A stretch of DNA of 56,126 nucleotides from a virus (IMGVR_UViG_3300042988_000513:1-56126); one strand, 5' to 3'. Counted from the stretch's first letter, positions 33,752 to 42,567 are shown. Numbers and translations: made by a program. Notes: generated by a model from the letters alone, not told the origin.

Positions 33752-34121
33752 CGTCGTCCTCCTGTTCGTCCATCTCGTTAGCCGCACGCTGCCCAGCCGC
33801 GTCTCGCAGCTCCTTGAGACGCTTCCTGGCCTCAAAGAATTCGGTCAGCATTTCAACGTATTGCTCAGTCGCAACGCGCTCGCAGTCGGTTCTGAGATCC
33901 ACGCCAACGGAACGCTGTCCGGCGTTGTGGTACATCTCCGAGCCGGACCAGGACAGCCCGGTTCCGTGGGCGTTGCAGCGACGGTCGATGATGTCCATGA
34001 CGAATCGGCGTCCCTGCTGAGTAGCCATGATGGCGCGCAAGTCGTCGTCGCGTTGGCGCTGGGCCAGCTTCTCCTGCGCCCGTAACTCTTGCTGGGCCTT
34101 GCTGTTTGGCTTGCGAGACAC
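33741..34121 (-). CDS. Bbp19-like protein
   Basis: DLRAIMATQQGRRFV, GQRSVG; follows portal; AGGAGG RBS before GTG. Confidence 0.75.
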   Translation of the reverse strand: MSRKPNSKAQQELRAQEKLAQRQRDDDLRAIMATQQGRRFVMDIIDRRCNAHGTGLSWSGSEMYHNAGQRSVGVDLRTDCERVATEQYVEMLTEFFEARKRLKELRDAAGQRAANEMDEQEDDDGL

Positions 34122-34202
34122 AATGCCTCCTGTTACAAAACGTCGGCCGGCAGCAATGCCGACCGACACAATGCTAGCAACAATGTCTGAGCGTTTCGCG
34201 GG

Positions 34203-36305
34203 CTAGACGCCCGAGTTAGCCGCAGCGGCAGCCTCGGGCCCGAGGTACCCAAGCAGCTGGTCCAAGGCGCTAGAGCCACCCTCTCCGCCGACCTGGGCCT
34301 GGCTCAGATTGCGAGCCGCGCTACCGGCCTGATTGGCGGCCTGAGCCTGCTGCATGGCCATCTGCGCTTGGGCGGCCTGGGCTTCCTGCTGGGCGCGCTG
34401 CTCTCGAATCGCGGCAACCTCATCCTCAGAGCGAAGCATTTCCGGGTCGGTCCCCAGCATCTGGGCGTAGCCGCGAATGGTCTTGTCGATATCAACCAGG
34501 TCGATGGCCTCGGGGCGCTGAGTGGCCTGAGAGACGTTGGCAACAAAGGCGACCTGACGGTCAATGGCGGCCGTGCCAACGAGCTTCTGGGCCTGGGCCA
34601 GGATGCTGATGTACTCGACCCTTAGCTCGTTTTCGCCCTGCTCGGCCGACCTGATTAGCTCCTGCGGCGGAGGAGGAAGCAAGCCGCGCTTTAGCATGAT
34701 GTTGAAGGTTCGGTCAATGAGAGGGTCCAGTAGCTCGTCGTGTAGGCGCTCAAGAACTGGGCCAATCTGAAGCATCTTCTCGTCTTGCCTGGCGCGAACC
34801 TCCTCAGCGGTGGCGCGCTGGGCCCTCTCGTCCTGCGACATCATGAGCCACAGGTCGGCAAAGAATGCGCGGTTGATGCGCATCTCGTGCTCACGGATTG
34901 TTGCTTCCTCGATCTGGATGGCGACGGGGGGAATCTGGATCGCCGGCCGGAACTCGGAGCCGGCCGGCGTCGCGGAGTCAAGGTAGGTCACGTCACCAGA
35001 CAGCAACGAGACTCGCTGGTTGCGCAGCGATGCGGGCGCCACCATGGGAGGGTTAACGATCTTGTCGGCCGTGGCCAGCTTGCGCCGCTCTAGCGTCTGG
35101 AGCGCCTCGGAGTCCCCCAGGGCGTCCATGCCGGGGCTGTAGCCGTAGATGTCCTCTCCGTTCACGTTCCATCGCGGGCAGCAACACGGGAACTCGTCAT
35201 AGCCGCTGAGACGCAAGAACTGGTGCGGGTCCAGCCCGGCCTCCAGCTCGAACCAGACGTTCGACCACGCCTTGTCCTTCTGCAACCCACTCTTGGGATT
35301 CTTTCGCCTGTTGGGCTCGCACGCCTGCCCAAGCAAGATCCACTGGTCCAGGTGGCCACGGTCGTACAGGTCGCGCACCTTCGGGCTGCAGTTCTCATAG
35401 CCAAACGAATCGACGACGGCGCCAACTGGCTGGCTGACGCGGCGGTAGACCGTGTCCACCGTCTGGTCGGCCCCGATGCCCAAGCTATACGAGCCGATAG
35501 GGAAAACATACCCTCTGATAATCTGCGTAGGATGCTCGTCCAGCCACAGGCACGCAGTACCGAAACCGCCCAAATCCCCGTAAACCTGCGGAAGCACATT
35601 ATAAATGTTTGAGCGTGCGTGCACAAGACGCATGCGCTGCTCGACGTCGTGCAGCCAGGAACGAACGGACGGGTTGTCGTTCAGTTCGGGACTGGGAGCG
35701 GTCAGCCTGTACCACGGGCGGGCCGGGCTAGTCAGGCCCGAGTGCATACCAGAACTGAGAGTGCGCAAGGCAAGTGGGGCAGTATTGTTGATGATTTTGC
35801 TGTTGCGCTTAACTCCCTTGTTTCGGTCTGCCCAGTAGCGCCGCTGCCGGCGGGGGGCCATGTAGTCCGCAATCTCGCCCCAGTGAGTAATCCAGCTCGA
35901 GCGCTCCAACTCCAGCGACGCCAGGCGCCGGATGTAGTATTGCCGCGTGCCGTACTCGGCGTCCTTGACTGCCTTGCGCGGCTCCCGCTTGCTGATGCCA
36001 TCGTCCATCTGCGGAGGCTGGTGAAGCAGGGACGCGGGCTCCGAGGCCTCTGGTGCCTTGGCCCGCTTCGCCTTCTTCTGCGCCTTGTCCTTGGGCTGGT
36101 ACTGGGTGGCCCGGTGTGGCGACTTTGGGGCGGCCTCGCGCAACACCCGCTCGGGCGGCGTCGATTCGTGAGCCGACATCGGCCCTGTCTCTACGCGAGG
36201 TCCGCTTCTCTCTGCCGGGTCGCTACCGTTGGCGGACATGGGCCCAACGTCGGGTCTATTGCCCTGCTTGCGGGGCGGCTTGCTCTCATTATGCTGGCTA
36301 GACAT
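34203..36305 (-). CDS. Portal (head-tail connector) protein, T7 gp8/Bbp21-like
   Basis: LSSGMHSGLTSPARPWY, FGTAC, YGYSPGMDALGD, TAEEVRARQDEK, EYISILAQAQK. Confidence 0.93.
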   Translation of the reverse strand: MSSQHNESKPPRKQGNRPDVGPMSANGSDPAERSGPRVETGPMSAHESTPPERVLREAAPKSPHRATQYQPKDKAQKKAKRAKAPEASEPASLLHQPPQMDDGISKREPRKAVKDAEYGTRQYYIRRLASLELERSSWITHWGEIADYMAPRRQRRYWADRNKGVKRNSKIINNTAPLALRTLSSGMHSGLTSPARPWYRLTAPSPELNDNPSVRSWLHDVEQRMRLVHARSNIYNVLPQVYGDLGGFGTACLWLDEHPTQIIRGYVFPIGSYSLGIGADQTVDTVYRRVSQPVGAVVDSFGYENCSPKVRDLYDRGHLDQWILLGQACEPNRRKNPKSGLQKDKAWSNVWFELEAGLDPHQFLRLSGYDEFPCCCPRWNVNGEDIYGYSPGMDALGDSEALQTLERRKLATADKIVNPPMVAPASLRNQRVSLLSGDVTYLDSATPAGSEFRPAIQIPPVAIQIEEATIREHEMRINRAFFADLWLMMSQDERAQRATAEEVRARQDEKMLQIGPVLERLHDELLDPLIDRTFNIMLKRGLLPPPPQELIRSAEQGENELRVEYISILAQAQKLVGTAAIDRQVAFVANVSQATQRPEAIDLVDIDKTIRGYAQMLGTDPEMLRSEDEVAAIREQRAQQEAQAAQAQMAMQQAQAANQAGSAARNLSQAQVGGEGGSSALDQLLGYLGPEAAAAANSGV

Positions 36306-36313
36306 TATGGCTC

Positions 36314-36691
36314 CTACTGGCCGAGCAGGCCCTTTGTTGAGGCAGAAATGGCCAATGGAGTATCTTGGCTGGCCGGAGACGACGAAGGCGGCTTGACGAG
36401 AGCGGGCTTTGGCGCAAAGAACTGCTGGCGACCCTGGCGAGCGGACTTGGCCATTACTGCAGCAATGCGCGCCTTTCTGAGAATCTCGGAAGGATCGTTG
36501 CGATTAAGCGCAAGATCTCTCTCCGCCTCGGACACCTCTCCTTGCTTCTGGTACGGAGTCCTGTCTGGACCGCTGATAATCTTGTTGTCCTTGATAAACT
36601 TGTCTGCATGCGGAGACCACGGAGAAATACCGTGGCTGCTGAGCAGTAGCGATCCGGCGTGTTCCTTCGTCCAGTCCCATGCAGATCCCAT
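36314..36691 (-). CDS. Hypothetical protein between terminase and portal
   Basis: C-terminal TKGLLGQ typical of this syntenic position. Confidence 0.6.
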   Translation of the reverse strand: MGSAWDWTKEHAGSLLLSSHGISPWSPHADKFIKDNKIISGPDRTPYQKQGEVSEAERDLALNRNDPSEILRKARIAAVMAKSARQGRQQFFAPKPALVKPPSSSPASQDTPLAISASTKGLLGQ

Positions 36692-36694
36692 TGT

Positions 36695-38176
36695 CTAGTA
36701 CCTCTCTCGCGAAACGTCGTCTTCGGTAATGCAGCGTCCGCCTGCCGCTCCCTGCGGCTGGTAGGCTGTAATGGAGATTCTCGGAGCGACAGGAGCAGCG
36801 AAGGTCAACGCAAGAGCGTCGGAGATGTCAGGAGAGCATCCAATCGCTTTCTTAATCTCATCCTTGTCTGGAATCTGAACCCTCTGCCGACCGTCGAAGA
36901 AGTACGGAATATGAGTCAGCTCGCGCGCCATGTCTGGCTCATTCGGCAGGCATCCAGACGTCTTGATCCACTCGGCCATTGTCCAGTACATCTCGGCTCG
37001 TTTGTTCTTGAAGCGCTCTGGCTCAAAGGCCTTTCCGCCGAAGAAAACCCCGCGAACGCTAAAGTTGTGGCGCCTGCAGTGGTCGATAACTCCGCCGCCG
37101 TAGCCTCCGCTTTCATCAATGAATATGGCATCTACCGGTCGCTTCTCGGGGTCCTGCTGCACCCAGCGATCTGCGACGCGCAAGACCATGTCGCCAAGCT
37201 CATCGCTACGAAGCTCTCGAAAAATCTCGGGGCGCATTACCATGCGGCCCTGGCGGCAGACGATTACGCTTCGGTCGTCTCCAGTCCGCGCAACGTCGCA
37301 GGATATGATGCGCGGCGCGTTATACAATTCACCAGGAGCGCAATAGCGAGCCATTGCTGACTGCACGTCGTCCGGCCCAAGCATCTTGTCGGACTGTGTC
37401 TTCGGAAACTTTCCGAAGACGTTGACCAGAGCAACGTTGCTATCTGCGCCCCATCGATCAATGACGGAGCGCGCCCACTTGACGTCAACGCGGGGGGCCC
37501 GGTCTGGCGCGTCGGGGTCTCCGGTAATCTCTTTTACATACCAGCTTGAGCGCTCCCTTGTGCAGGCGTCCCACAAAGGGCCATCGGTCCTGGTTGGATT
37601 GCCAGCCATCCAAAGCAGGTTTCGAGTACCTCCTGATAGCGAAGCGTCAGCTGATGCGACAACGCCTGCTGGAATGTCGCCAACCTCGTCAACAATTGCC
37701 AGGGTGTATTCGCCGTGCAATCCGGCAAGCGTGTTGGCTTGCTGGCTAGAGTCAGCATCGCGCGACCAAGAGCGAGCCGACATCCACCACGTTTCAGGAC
37801 GCTCCTTCAGGAAGATTCGGCTGCTCGTCCACTGAAACGCAGCCTGCAGCATCTGAGACCTGTTTTGCCACTTGGCCATTTCCTTCCATAGGCCGTCGTG
37901 CAAATTGTCTCCAGTAATCGAAATTGCCAAGCAGTTTGGCTCTGGATGGCACGTTAGAAACCACCACGCGCCCCACGCCATTAGGCAGGTTTTTCCCGGC
38001 CCCTTGCAGGCCTTCAGGGCAATCTTCTGGTTCCTTGCCATCGCCTCCAGAACTTCGTCCTGCCACACGTCTGGAGCCGCCCCTAGAACTTCGCGGGCAA
38101 ACGCGATTGGCTGCTCTCGCCAACGCCTAATGTTGGCCTGCGCCTTTTCGCGCTTGAGCTGATTGACCGGCGCCAT
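36695..38176 (-). CDS. terL: Terminase large subunit
   Basis: Walker A GPGKT, Walker B IVDE, GNPTR, nuclease DVAR.GDD, SPDISDAL. Confidence 0.95.
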   Translation of the reverse strand: MAPVNQLKREKAQANIRRWREQPIAFAREVLGAAPDVWQDEVLEAMARNQKIALKACKGPGKTCLMAWGAWWFLTCHPEPNCLAISITGDNLHDGLWKEMAKWQNRSQMLQAAFQWTSSRIFLKERPETWWMSARSWSRDADSSQQANTLAGLHGEYTLAIVDEVGDIPAGVVASADASLSGGTRNLLWMAGNPTRTDGPLWDACTRERSSWYVKEITGDPDAPDRAPRVDVKWARSVIDRWGADSNVALVNVFGKFPKTQSDKMLGPDDVQSAMARYCAPGELYNAPRIISCDVARTGDDRSVIVCRQGRMVMRPEIFRELRSDELGDMVLRVADRWVQQDPEKRPVDAIFIDESGGYGGGVIDHCRRHNFSVRGVFFGGKAFEPERFKNKRAEMYWTMAEWIKTSGCLPNEPDMARELTHIPYFFDGRQRVQIPDKDEIKKAIGCSPDISDALALTFAAPVAPRISITAYQPQGAAGGRCITEDDVSRERY

Positions 38177-38601
38177 TACTCGGCGACCTCAGAAGGCTCC
38201 GGCTCGGGCTCGGGCTCGTCTTCCTTGACGCTTCCGGCAACCAGGTCAAGAAGGCCAATCTGTCCGCTGTGCTCAACCTTGTCAGCAACACGGTGCTGGT
38301 ACTTGACCAGCTTCTCGGCGGCGGCAATTCGGTCCCTGGGATCGCCGTGGAGGGCCACGTCGGAGAAGACAGCGAAGCATTCCTCTAGCGATAATCCGGC
38401 CTTGCGGATAACCCTGGCCTTGCCCTCTTCGACGGCATCCGCAATCTTGGGATCCTTTAGCAGCTTGCATCCGGTAACATGGGCGCTCTTCTCGCTATAG
38501 CCGACCTCTTTGGCTGCACGAGTGGCGTTGAAATCCCGTAGGTATTCCTGGACAAATCGCAGATGTCGGGGAGACAGACCCATGCCGTTAGCATGTGGCA
38601 C
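38176..38601 (-). CDS. terS: Terminase small subunit (alternative start 38583)
   Basis: FVQEYLRDFNATRAAKEVGYSEKSA, KVEHSG. Confidence 0.9.
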   Translation of the reverse strand: MPHANGMGLSPRHLRFVQEYLRDFNATRAAKEVGYSEKSAHVTGCKLLKDPKIADAVEEGKARVIRKAGLSLEECFAVFSDVALHGDPRDRIAAAEKLVKYQHRVADKVEHSGQIGLLDLVAGSVKEDEPEPEPEPSEVAE

Positions 38602-38605
38602 GGCT

Positions 38606-38619
38606 GCCGCAAGATATAC
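38606..38619 (-). promoter_or_regulatory. Conserved late-promoter-like motif GTATATCTTGCGGC (copy 1)
   Basis: Immediately upstream of terS. Confidence 0.7.
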
Positions 38620-38625
38620 TCTGGC

Positions 38626-38859
38626 CTACTCGATGCCCACCGCTCGCATTATGGCCAGCTCCCACTCCGTAAGAGCCTTGAGATACTCCTCGTCATTCTC
38701 GGAGTCTGCGCCGGCCAGAGCCAAGCCGGCCTCCAGCAGCCTGGACCCGCCCATGGCGCGCAGCTCCCTGTTGGCTGCTCGCCTAATGCGCCATTCGTGA
38801 ACCAGGCATCTGTCTCCAGCATCACGACAGTTGTGGCATCCGTCTACGCAGCATCGCAC
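38626..38859 (-). CDS. Small C-x4-C...C-x2-H zinc-finger-like protein
   Basis: CVDGC...CLVH. Confidence 0.55.
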   Translation of the reverse strand: MRCCVDGCHNCRDAGDRCLVHEWRIRRAANRELRAMGGSRLLEAGLALAGADSENDEEYLKALTEWELAIMRAVGIE

Positions 38860-39116
38860 GAGTACGCCTCCCGGAGTCGAAGCACGGCCATATTCCAGCG
38901 CCAGACTGCACGCAACAGGGCGAAATCAGACCTATACAGAGCATCGGCCACGCCATGAGCAGAGCGCATTAGCGCGATCTCTGGAGACAGCCGCTCGCGG
39001 ATTGGCGCGGCGATTGGCGTACCGCGCTCCAGCCTGGACATATGGGTCCGGCAAAACTGTCTCCCAGGCTGGCGCAGTCGGTAGCAGTCGGCGACATCGC
39101 AGTACGAGTTACTCAC
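38844..39116 (-). CDS. Small C-x4-C...C-x2-H zinc-finger-like protein
   Basis: CDVADC...CRTH..R..RG. Confidence 0.6.
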   Translation of the reverse strand: MSNSYCDVADCYRLRQPGRQFCRTHMSRLERGTPIAAPIRERLSPEIALMRSAHGVADALYRSDFALLRAVWRWNMAVLRLREAYSCDAA

Positions 39117-39453
39117 AGCGGCGCTCCCAGGGCTTGGCGTTCTCGTCTCGGATGACGTCCAGGCCCCTGAAGGCTACGACCACGTTGTCCAGGTCCAGGT
39201 CAAACCACCGGAAGGCGCCGTGAGCCTTGCTGGCGCGCTGGATGGCCTCAAACATATCGGGGCCGACGATGATCCTGGACGGGGTTCCGTGAGCAGTTGC
39301 CAGCGCAGACAGCTCCTCGACAACGTCCTGGTCTCGGACCTTTGGCGGCCCGAAGATGCGCTCGTGTTCTGCCGCATACGGGTCAGACGGGCCACTGGAG
39401 CCCACTCCGATGCGCGTCGATGGGAAAGTCCCAGGCTTAATGCGTGGTCCCAT
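39109..39453 (-). CDS. Hypothetical protein
   Basis: Likely start MGPRIKP with GAGG RBS after ssb stop. Confidence 0.55.
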   Translation of the reverse strand: MGPRIKPGTFPSTRIGVGSSGPSDPYAAEHERIFGPPKVRDQDVVEELSALATAHGTPSRIIVGPDMFEAIQRASKAHGAFRWFDLDLDNVVVAFRGLDVIRDENAKPWERRCE

Positions 39454-39463
39454 GGATTCCTCG

Positions 39464-39868
39464 CTAGAAAGGCAAGTCCTCGTCATCAACAACCGGCTTG
39501 CTGGGCGGGCCGCGATACGCGCCGGGGTCCTTGGACTCGCTCTTGCCGCCGACAAACCGAACGTCGCTGGCCACGATCTCTGTGCTGTACCGCTTCTGTC
39601 CGTCCTTCTCGTACTCTCGCGTCTCGATCCTGCCCTCGACATAGACGCCGGAGCCCTTCTTGAGATACTTGCCGCAGTTCTCGGCCTGCTTACCGAAGAC
39701 CGAGATTCGGTGCCACTCGGTCTTCTCCTGCATCTGCCCGGACTTGTCCTTCCACTTCTCGGTGGTGGCCACGCTGAGACGGCAGACCGCGTTGCCATTC
39801 TGTCCGAACTTGGTCTCCGGGTCCTTGCCGAGATTGCCCAGGATAATCGCCTTGTTAACGCTTGCCAT
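39464..39868 (-). CDS. ssb: Single-stranded DNA-binding protein
   Basis: [25 protein letters not shown], acidic tail DDEDLPF. Confidence 0.96.
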   Translation of the reverse strand: MASVNKAIILGNLGKDPETKFGQNGNAVCRLSVATTEKWKDKSGQMQEKTEWHRISVFGKQAENCGKYLKKGSGVYVEGRIETREYEKDGQKRYSTEIVASDVRFVGGKSESKDPGAYRGPPSKPVVDDEDLPF

Positions 39869-40049
39869 TTTCGATCCTTTCGCAACCGAGCATCTTGGCC
39901 ACTTCGCTCGGATCGTCCTTGTCGCCAACCACCAGATTCCCGCCAGCCTGATATCGGACTACCCGTACAATTCCCGCGTCCGACTGCATCCAACAGGGCC
40001 CATTATTGCAGCTAAGAGCCAAGAATGCTCCGGCAAGGGCGGCCCTCAT
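39855..40049 (-). CDS. Small lipoprotein
   Basis: [14 protein letters not shown] signal peptide II pattern. Confidence 0.55.
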   Translation of the reverse strand: MRAALAGAFLALSCNNGPCWMQSDAGIVRVVRYQAGGNLVVGDKDDPSEVAKMLGCERIENGKR

Positions 40050-40414
40050 CGTCCCATTGCCTCGTCCAGCGCGGCATTCAGCCTGCCGTGGTGCGAGGCC
40101 GCCTCCTCGAGTTGGGCCTTGAGTTTGCGGACCTCAACGCCAAGGGACTCGGCACGGCTGCGCGCGTCCTCGTACAGGGACTGTAAATCAAGGTAGTCCT
40201 CCAGTAGGTCGGCCCGGTCGCGCTCCATTGTCTCGGCTCGGGCCTCGGCTACCCACAGCTTGTAGCGAAGCGAGGCCTCGGTATCTGGAGTTACCTCGAA
40301 CGTGTCGCTCCTGCGTCCGCCAAATGTTTGCTCCCATCGGCGGTCCATCTCGTCGGATGATACCGACCCGCTGGACGTGGCTACCATGAAAGACGGCTCG
40401 CTATACCTGGTCAT
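40046..40414 (-). CDS. Hypothetical coiled-coil protein
   Basis: Coupled ORF with heptad C-terminus. Confidence 0.6.
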   Translation of the reverse strand: MTRYSEPSFMVATSSGSVSSDEMDRRWEQTFGGRRSDTFEVTPDTEASLRYKLWVAEARAETMERDRADLLEDYLDLQSLYEDARSRAESLGVEVRKLKAQLEEAASHHGRLNAALDEAMGR

Positions 40415-40595
40415 TGGCGTCCCTCATTTCCTTCAGCAGACTCTGGATAGACTCCTTGCGCCGGCAGAACGCGCAGAGGTATCCGATGGGGGAAACATAC
40501 TCAACAGGGTCTTCTGCCCCGCAAGCATCGCAGCCCATTGTCCACACGGATTCATTAGGCATCTTGGTCATCCTCGTTGCGCATTCCGCCGCCAT
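40401..40595 (-). CDS. Small CxxC..CxxC zinc-binding protein
   Basis: CDAC..CAFC. Confidence 0.5.
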   Translation of the reverse strand: MAAECATRMTKMPNESVWTMGCDACGAEDPVEYVSPIGYLCAFCRRKESIQSLLKEMRDANDQV

Positions 40596-41010
40596 GCTTG
40601 GCGCGCCACATGCAGTCGAGCGCCAACAAGAACAGCGCGTTAGTCGCGACGTGCGCTAAGATTGGCAAGCCGGAATCATTGTCCGTCGTTGCACCAAGGC
40701 GCCACTCTGCGAAATGCCTAGTCAGGGCTCCAGCATACCGTTGAATATCCTGGCATTTCCTCCAGTTATCGGGCTGCGGGTACTTCTTGGCGCCATACGT
40801 CAACACTCGCCCAACCTCCCAAAGCGCATCCCACGGCAACAGCTCCAGCCTGTTCTTGTCGGAGTCGTGCTTTACGAACCCATCGGAGTTCAAAACCTTC
40901 AGGCACGCCGGGCAGTTGACGCGTCCACGATTGACGGAGAACTCGTCATTTGCCCCGAGCGGAAATCCGCACACGGTCCCGCTGGACTCCTTCCCATTTG
41001 CATGGATCAC
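40555..41010 (-). CDS. dATP/dGTP diphosphohydrolase-domain (DUF5664-like) protein
   Basis: KHDSDK.RLELLP, VLTYGAKKY..NWRK, ALTRH, SGLP.LAH..NALFL. Confidence 0.82.
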   Translation of the reverse strand: MIHANGKESSGTVCGFPLGANDEFSVNRGRVNCPACLKVLNSDGFVKHDSDKNRLELLPWDALWEVGRVLTYGAKKYPQPDNWRKCQDIQRYAGALTRHFAEWRLGATTDNDSGLPILAHVATNALFLLALDCMWRAKHGGGMRNEDDQDA

Positions 41011-41171
41011 TTTGCGGCCCTCCTGGACAATCTCCTGGCCCTGCTAGAATTCGGATTGGCGCGCTGGCGCTGGCGCTTCTCTGCCTTGGTCCGGGCCAGG
41101 TCCGCCTTGCGCTGCTGCCTGTTCCTAAGCCGCTTACGACGTCCACCCGTTCCAACAAGCTTGCCGCTCAT
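41007..41171 (-). CDS. Arg/Lys-rich 54-aa peptide
   Basis: Manual translation MSGKLVGTGGRRKRLRNRQQRKADLARTKAEKRQRQRANPNSSRARRLSRRAAK; ATGA and GTGA overlaps on both sides; not in ORF track. Confidence 0.65.
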   Translation of the reverse strand: MSGKLVGTGGRRKRLRNRQQRKADLARTKAEKRQRQRANPNSSRARRLSRRAAK

Positions 41172-41281
41172 TGCATCATCCCCTTTGCCTCTAGCGCAGC
41201 AATGTCGTGTGACATCGCCAGGCTATTAAACCCAAGTCGGTACAGGAACCTAGCCATGGCAACGTGGTAGTAGTAGCTCAT
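41168..41281 (-). CDS. Hypothetical 37-aa peptide
   Basis: Manual translation MSYYYHVAMARF...; stop overlaps next ATG. Confidence 0.45.
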   Translation of the reverse strand: MSYYYHVAMARFLYRLGFNSLAMSHDIAALEAKGMMQ

Positions 41282-41290
41282 TTGTGGCCC

Positions 41291-41389
41291 TTACATGCCG
41301 CCGAACGCCACGATAATGGCGATGATATAGATCCCAGCCATGCCCAAGAGACAGACAGATGCCATCCACACCTCATCGTATCGATTCAT
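41291..41389 (-). CDS. Small membrane peptide (32 aa)
   Basis: MNRYDEVW followed by a TM helix; ATGA coupling. Confidence 0.5.
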   Translation of the reverse strand: MNRYDEVWMASVCLLGMAGIYIIAIIVAFGGM

Positions 41390-41661
41390 TTCTTCTCCCT
41401 GGCTGCGGCAAGGCGCTTGGACAGGGCCTCCCTCTGGACGTCGCTCATGACTCGCTTGCCGCGCCGGACGCCCCACTTGAACTTTGACGACTCAATCTGG
41501 CAGTACCAGGAAACAACGGTTCCATCCTGAGCCCTGTCATCCGCAGGCTTGCATCCGAGCTTCTTTAGTCGATTTGCAATGGATTTGTGAGCAGTCCAAA
41601 CGTGGACGACGTCTGACCCGGCATCCCATCGAATGATCGTTTCTTGCTCACATTTTGTCAT
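41386..41661 (-). CDS. Hypothetical protein
   Basis: EQETII.WD...V.VWT, basic C-terminus; GAGG RBS. Confidence 0.65.
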   Translation of the reverse strand: MTKCEQETIIRWDAGSDVVHVWTAHKSIANRLKKLGCKPADDRAQDGTVVSWYCQIESSKFKWGVRRGKRVMSDVQREALSKRLAAAREKK

Positions 41662-41689
41662 GAAATCTCACCTCAGAATTGATGTTTGC

Positions 41690-42196
41690 CTACTTGCTGC
41701 CAGTCGATCCAAACCCTCCGTCGCCACGTTCCGTGTCTTCCAGCGCCTCGACGGGCTCCAGCTCGACGCGGGTAACGGGCGCAAAGACCAACTGGGCAAT
41801 ACGTTCCCCACGCTCAGCCTTGAAGACGTTTGGACTGGCGTTGAACAGTACGACCTTGATCTCCCCTCTGTAGTCGCTGTCCACCGTGCCGGGTGCGTTA
41901 AGCACAAACACGCCGTACTTCGCGGCTAGCCCGCTGCGGCTGCGGACCTGTCCCTCAAAACCGTTCGGAATTGATACACAAATGCCAGTCGGGACGACGC
42001 GCCATGTCCCTGGGCCAATAAGAGCGTACTCGTTGGCTCTCAGGTCCATTCCGGAGCTGCCGGCCGTGGCGTAGTCCGGAAGCGCCAGGGGCTCCTTTCC
42101 ATCAACGGCAACCTGCTGGACCTGGACTGACAGGGTCGGCGCCCTTGGCTCAAGCTTGTAGCATCCGTAGCATTCGCCATTGCACTTACACGTCAT
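41690..42196 (-). CDS. dut: Trimeric dUTPase
   Basis: GMDLRA, RSRSGLA, GTVDSDYRGEI, RIAQLV, RGDGGFGSTG. Confidence 0.96.
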   Translation of the reverse strand: MTCKCNGECYGCYKLEPRAPTLSVQVQQVAVDGKEPLALPDYATAGSSGMDLRANEYALIGPGTWRVVPTGICVSIPNGFEGQVRSRSGLAAKYGVFVLNAPGTVDSDYRGEIKVVLFNASPNVFKAERGERIAQLVFAPVTRVELEPVEALEDTERGDGGFGSTGSK

Positions 42197-42356
42197 TCTT
42201 AGCCTCCTCCCGGATTGCCTTAGCAGCGTCGCCGAGAGCCTTGCGCAACCCCTTGGCAATGTGCGCAAGCTCAAAGCCGTAAGGTTCCAGCACCTTCAGT
42301 TCCCGCGCCCACTCCCTGGCCAGGTTAATCGCCTCAAGTGCCTTCTTGTTTGGCAT
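42186..42356 (-). CDS. Hypothetical small protein
   Basis: Likely start MPNKKAL; overlaps neighbours in the operon. Confidence 0.45.
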   Translation of the reverse strand: MPNKKALEAINLAREWARELKVLEPYGFELAHIAKGLRKALGDAAKAIREEAKNDV

Positions 42357-42567
42357 CACAACCACATGTCCTTTCCAGCTCCCTCTCGGCAAGCTCCTTT
42401 GCCTCGGCCAGCGTTCTTGCTGGACCGGCAACGCGCTGCGTTCCGCTGTATTGAGTAACGGACCACACCCATCCGCCGTCAGCCGTTACAGCCCTCATGA
42501 AGGCCTCGGTCGAATCGGACTCGTAGAACCCGTTCGCTAACCGACGCCATCTGCGCCATCTAGCCAT
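42334..42567 (-). CDS. Hypothetical protein
   Basis: WVWSV..G.A.TLAEAKELAE motif common in phage small proteins. Confidence 0.55.
   Translation of the reverse strand: MARWRRWRRLANGFYESDSTEAFMRAVTADGGWVWSVTQYSGTQRVAGPARTLAEAKELAERELERTCGCDAKQEGT

Noticed and set aside
35478-35490. Fourth partial copy of the late motif (GTATAGCTTGGGC)
   Set aside because: Inside portal coding sequence and lacks the GCGGC end; probably chance
11786-38619. Sigma-54 promoter reading of the TTGC in the late motif
   Set aside because: No GG at the required GG-N10-GC spacing in the three copies
40555-41010. Z-base (2-aminoadenine) or deazaguanine genome system
   Set aside because: No PurZ, Que/Dpd or phage polymerase genes seen in the window
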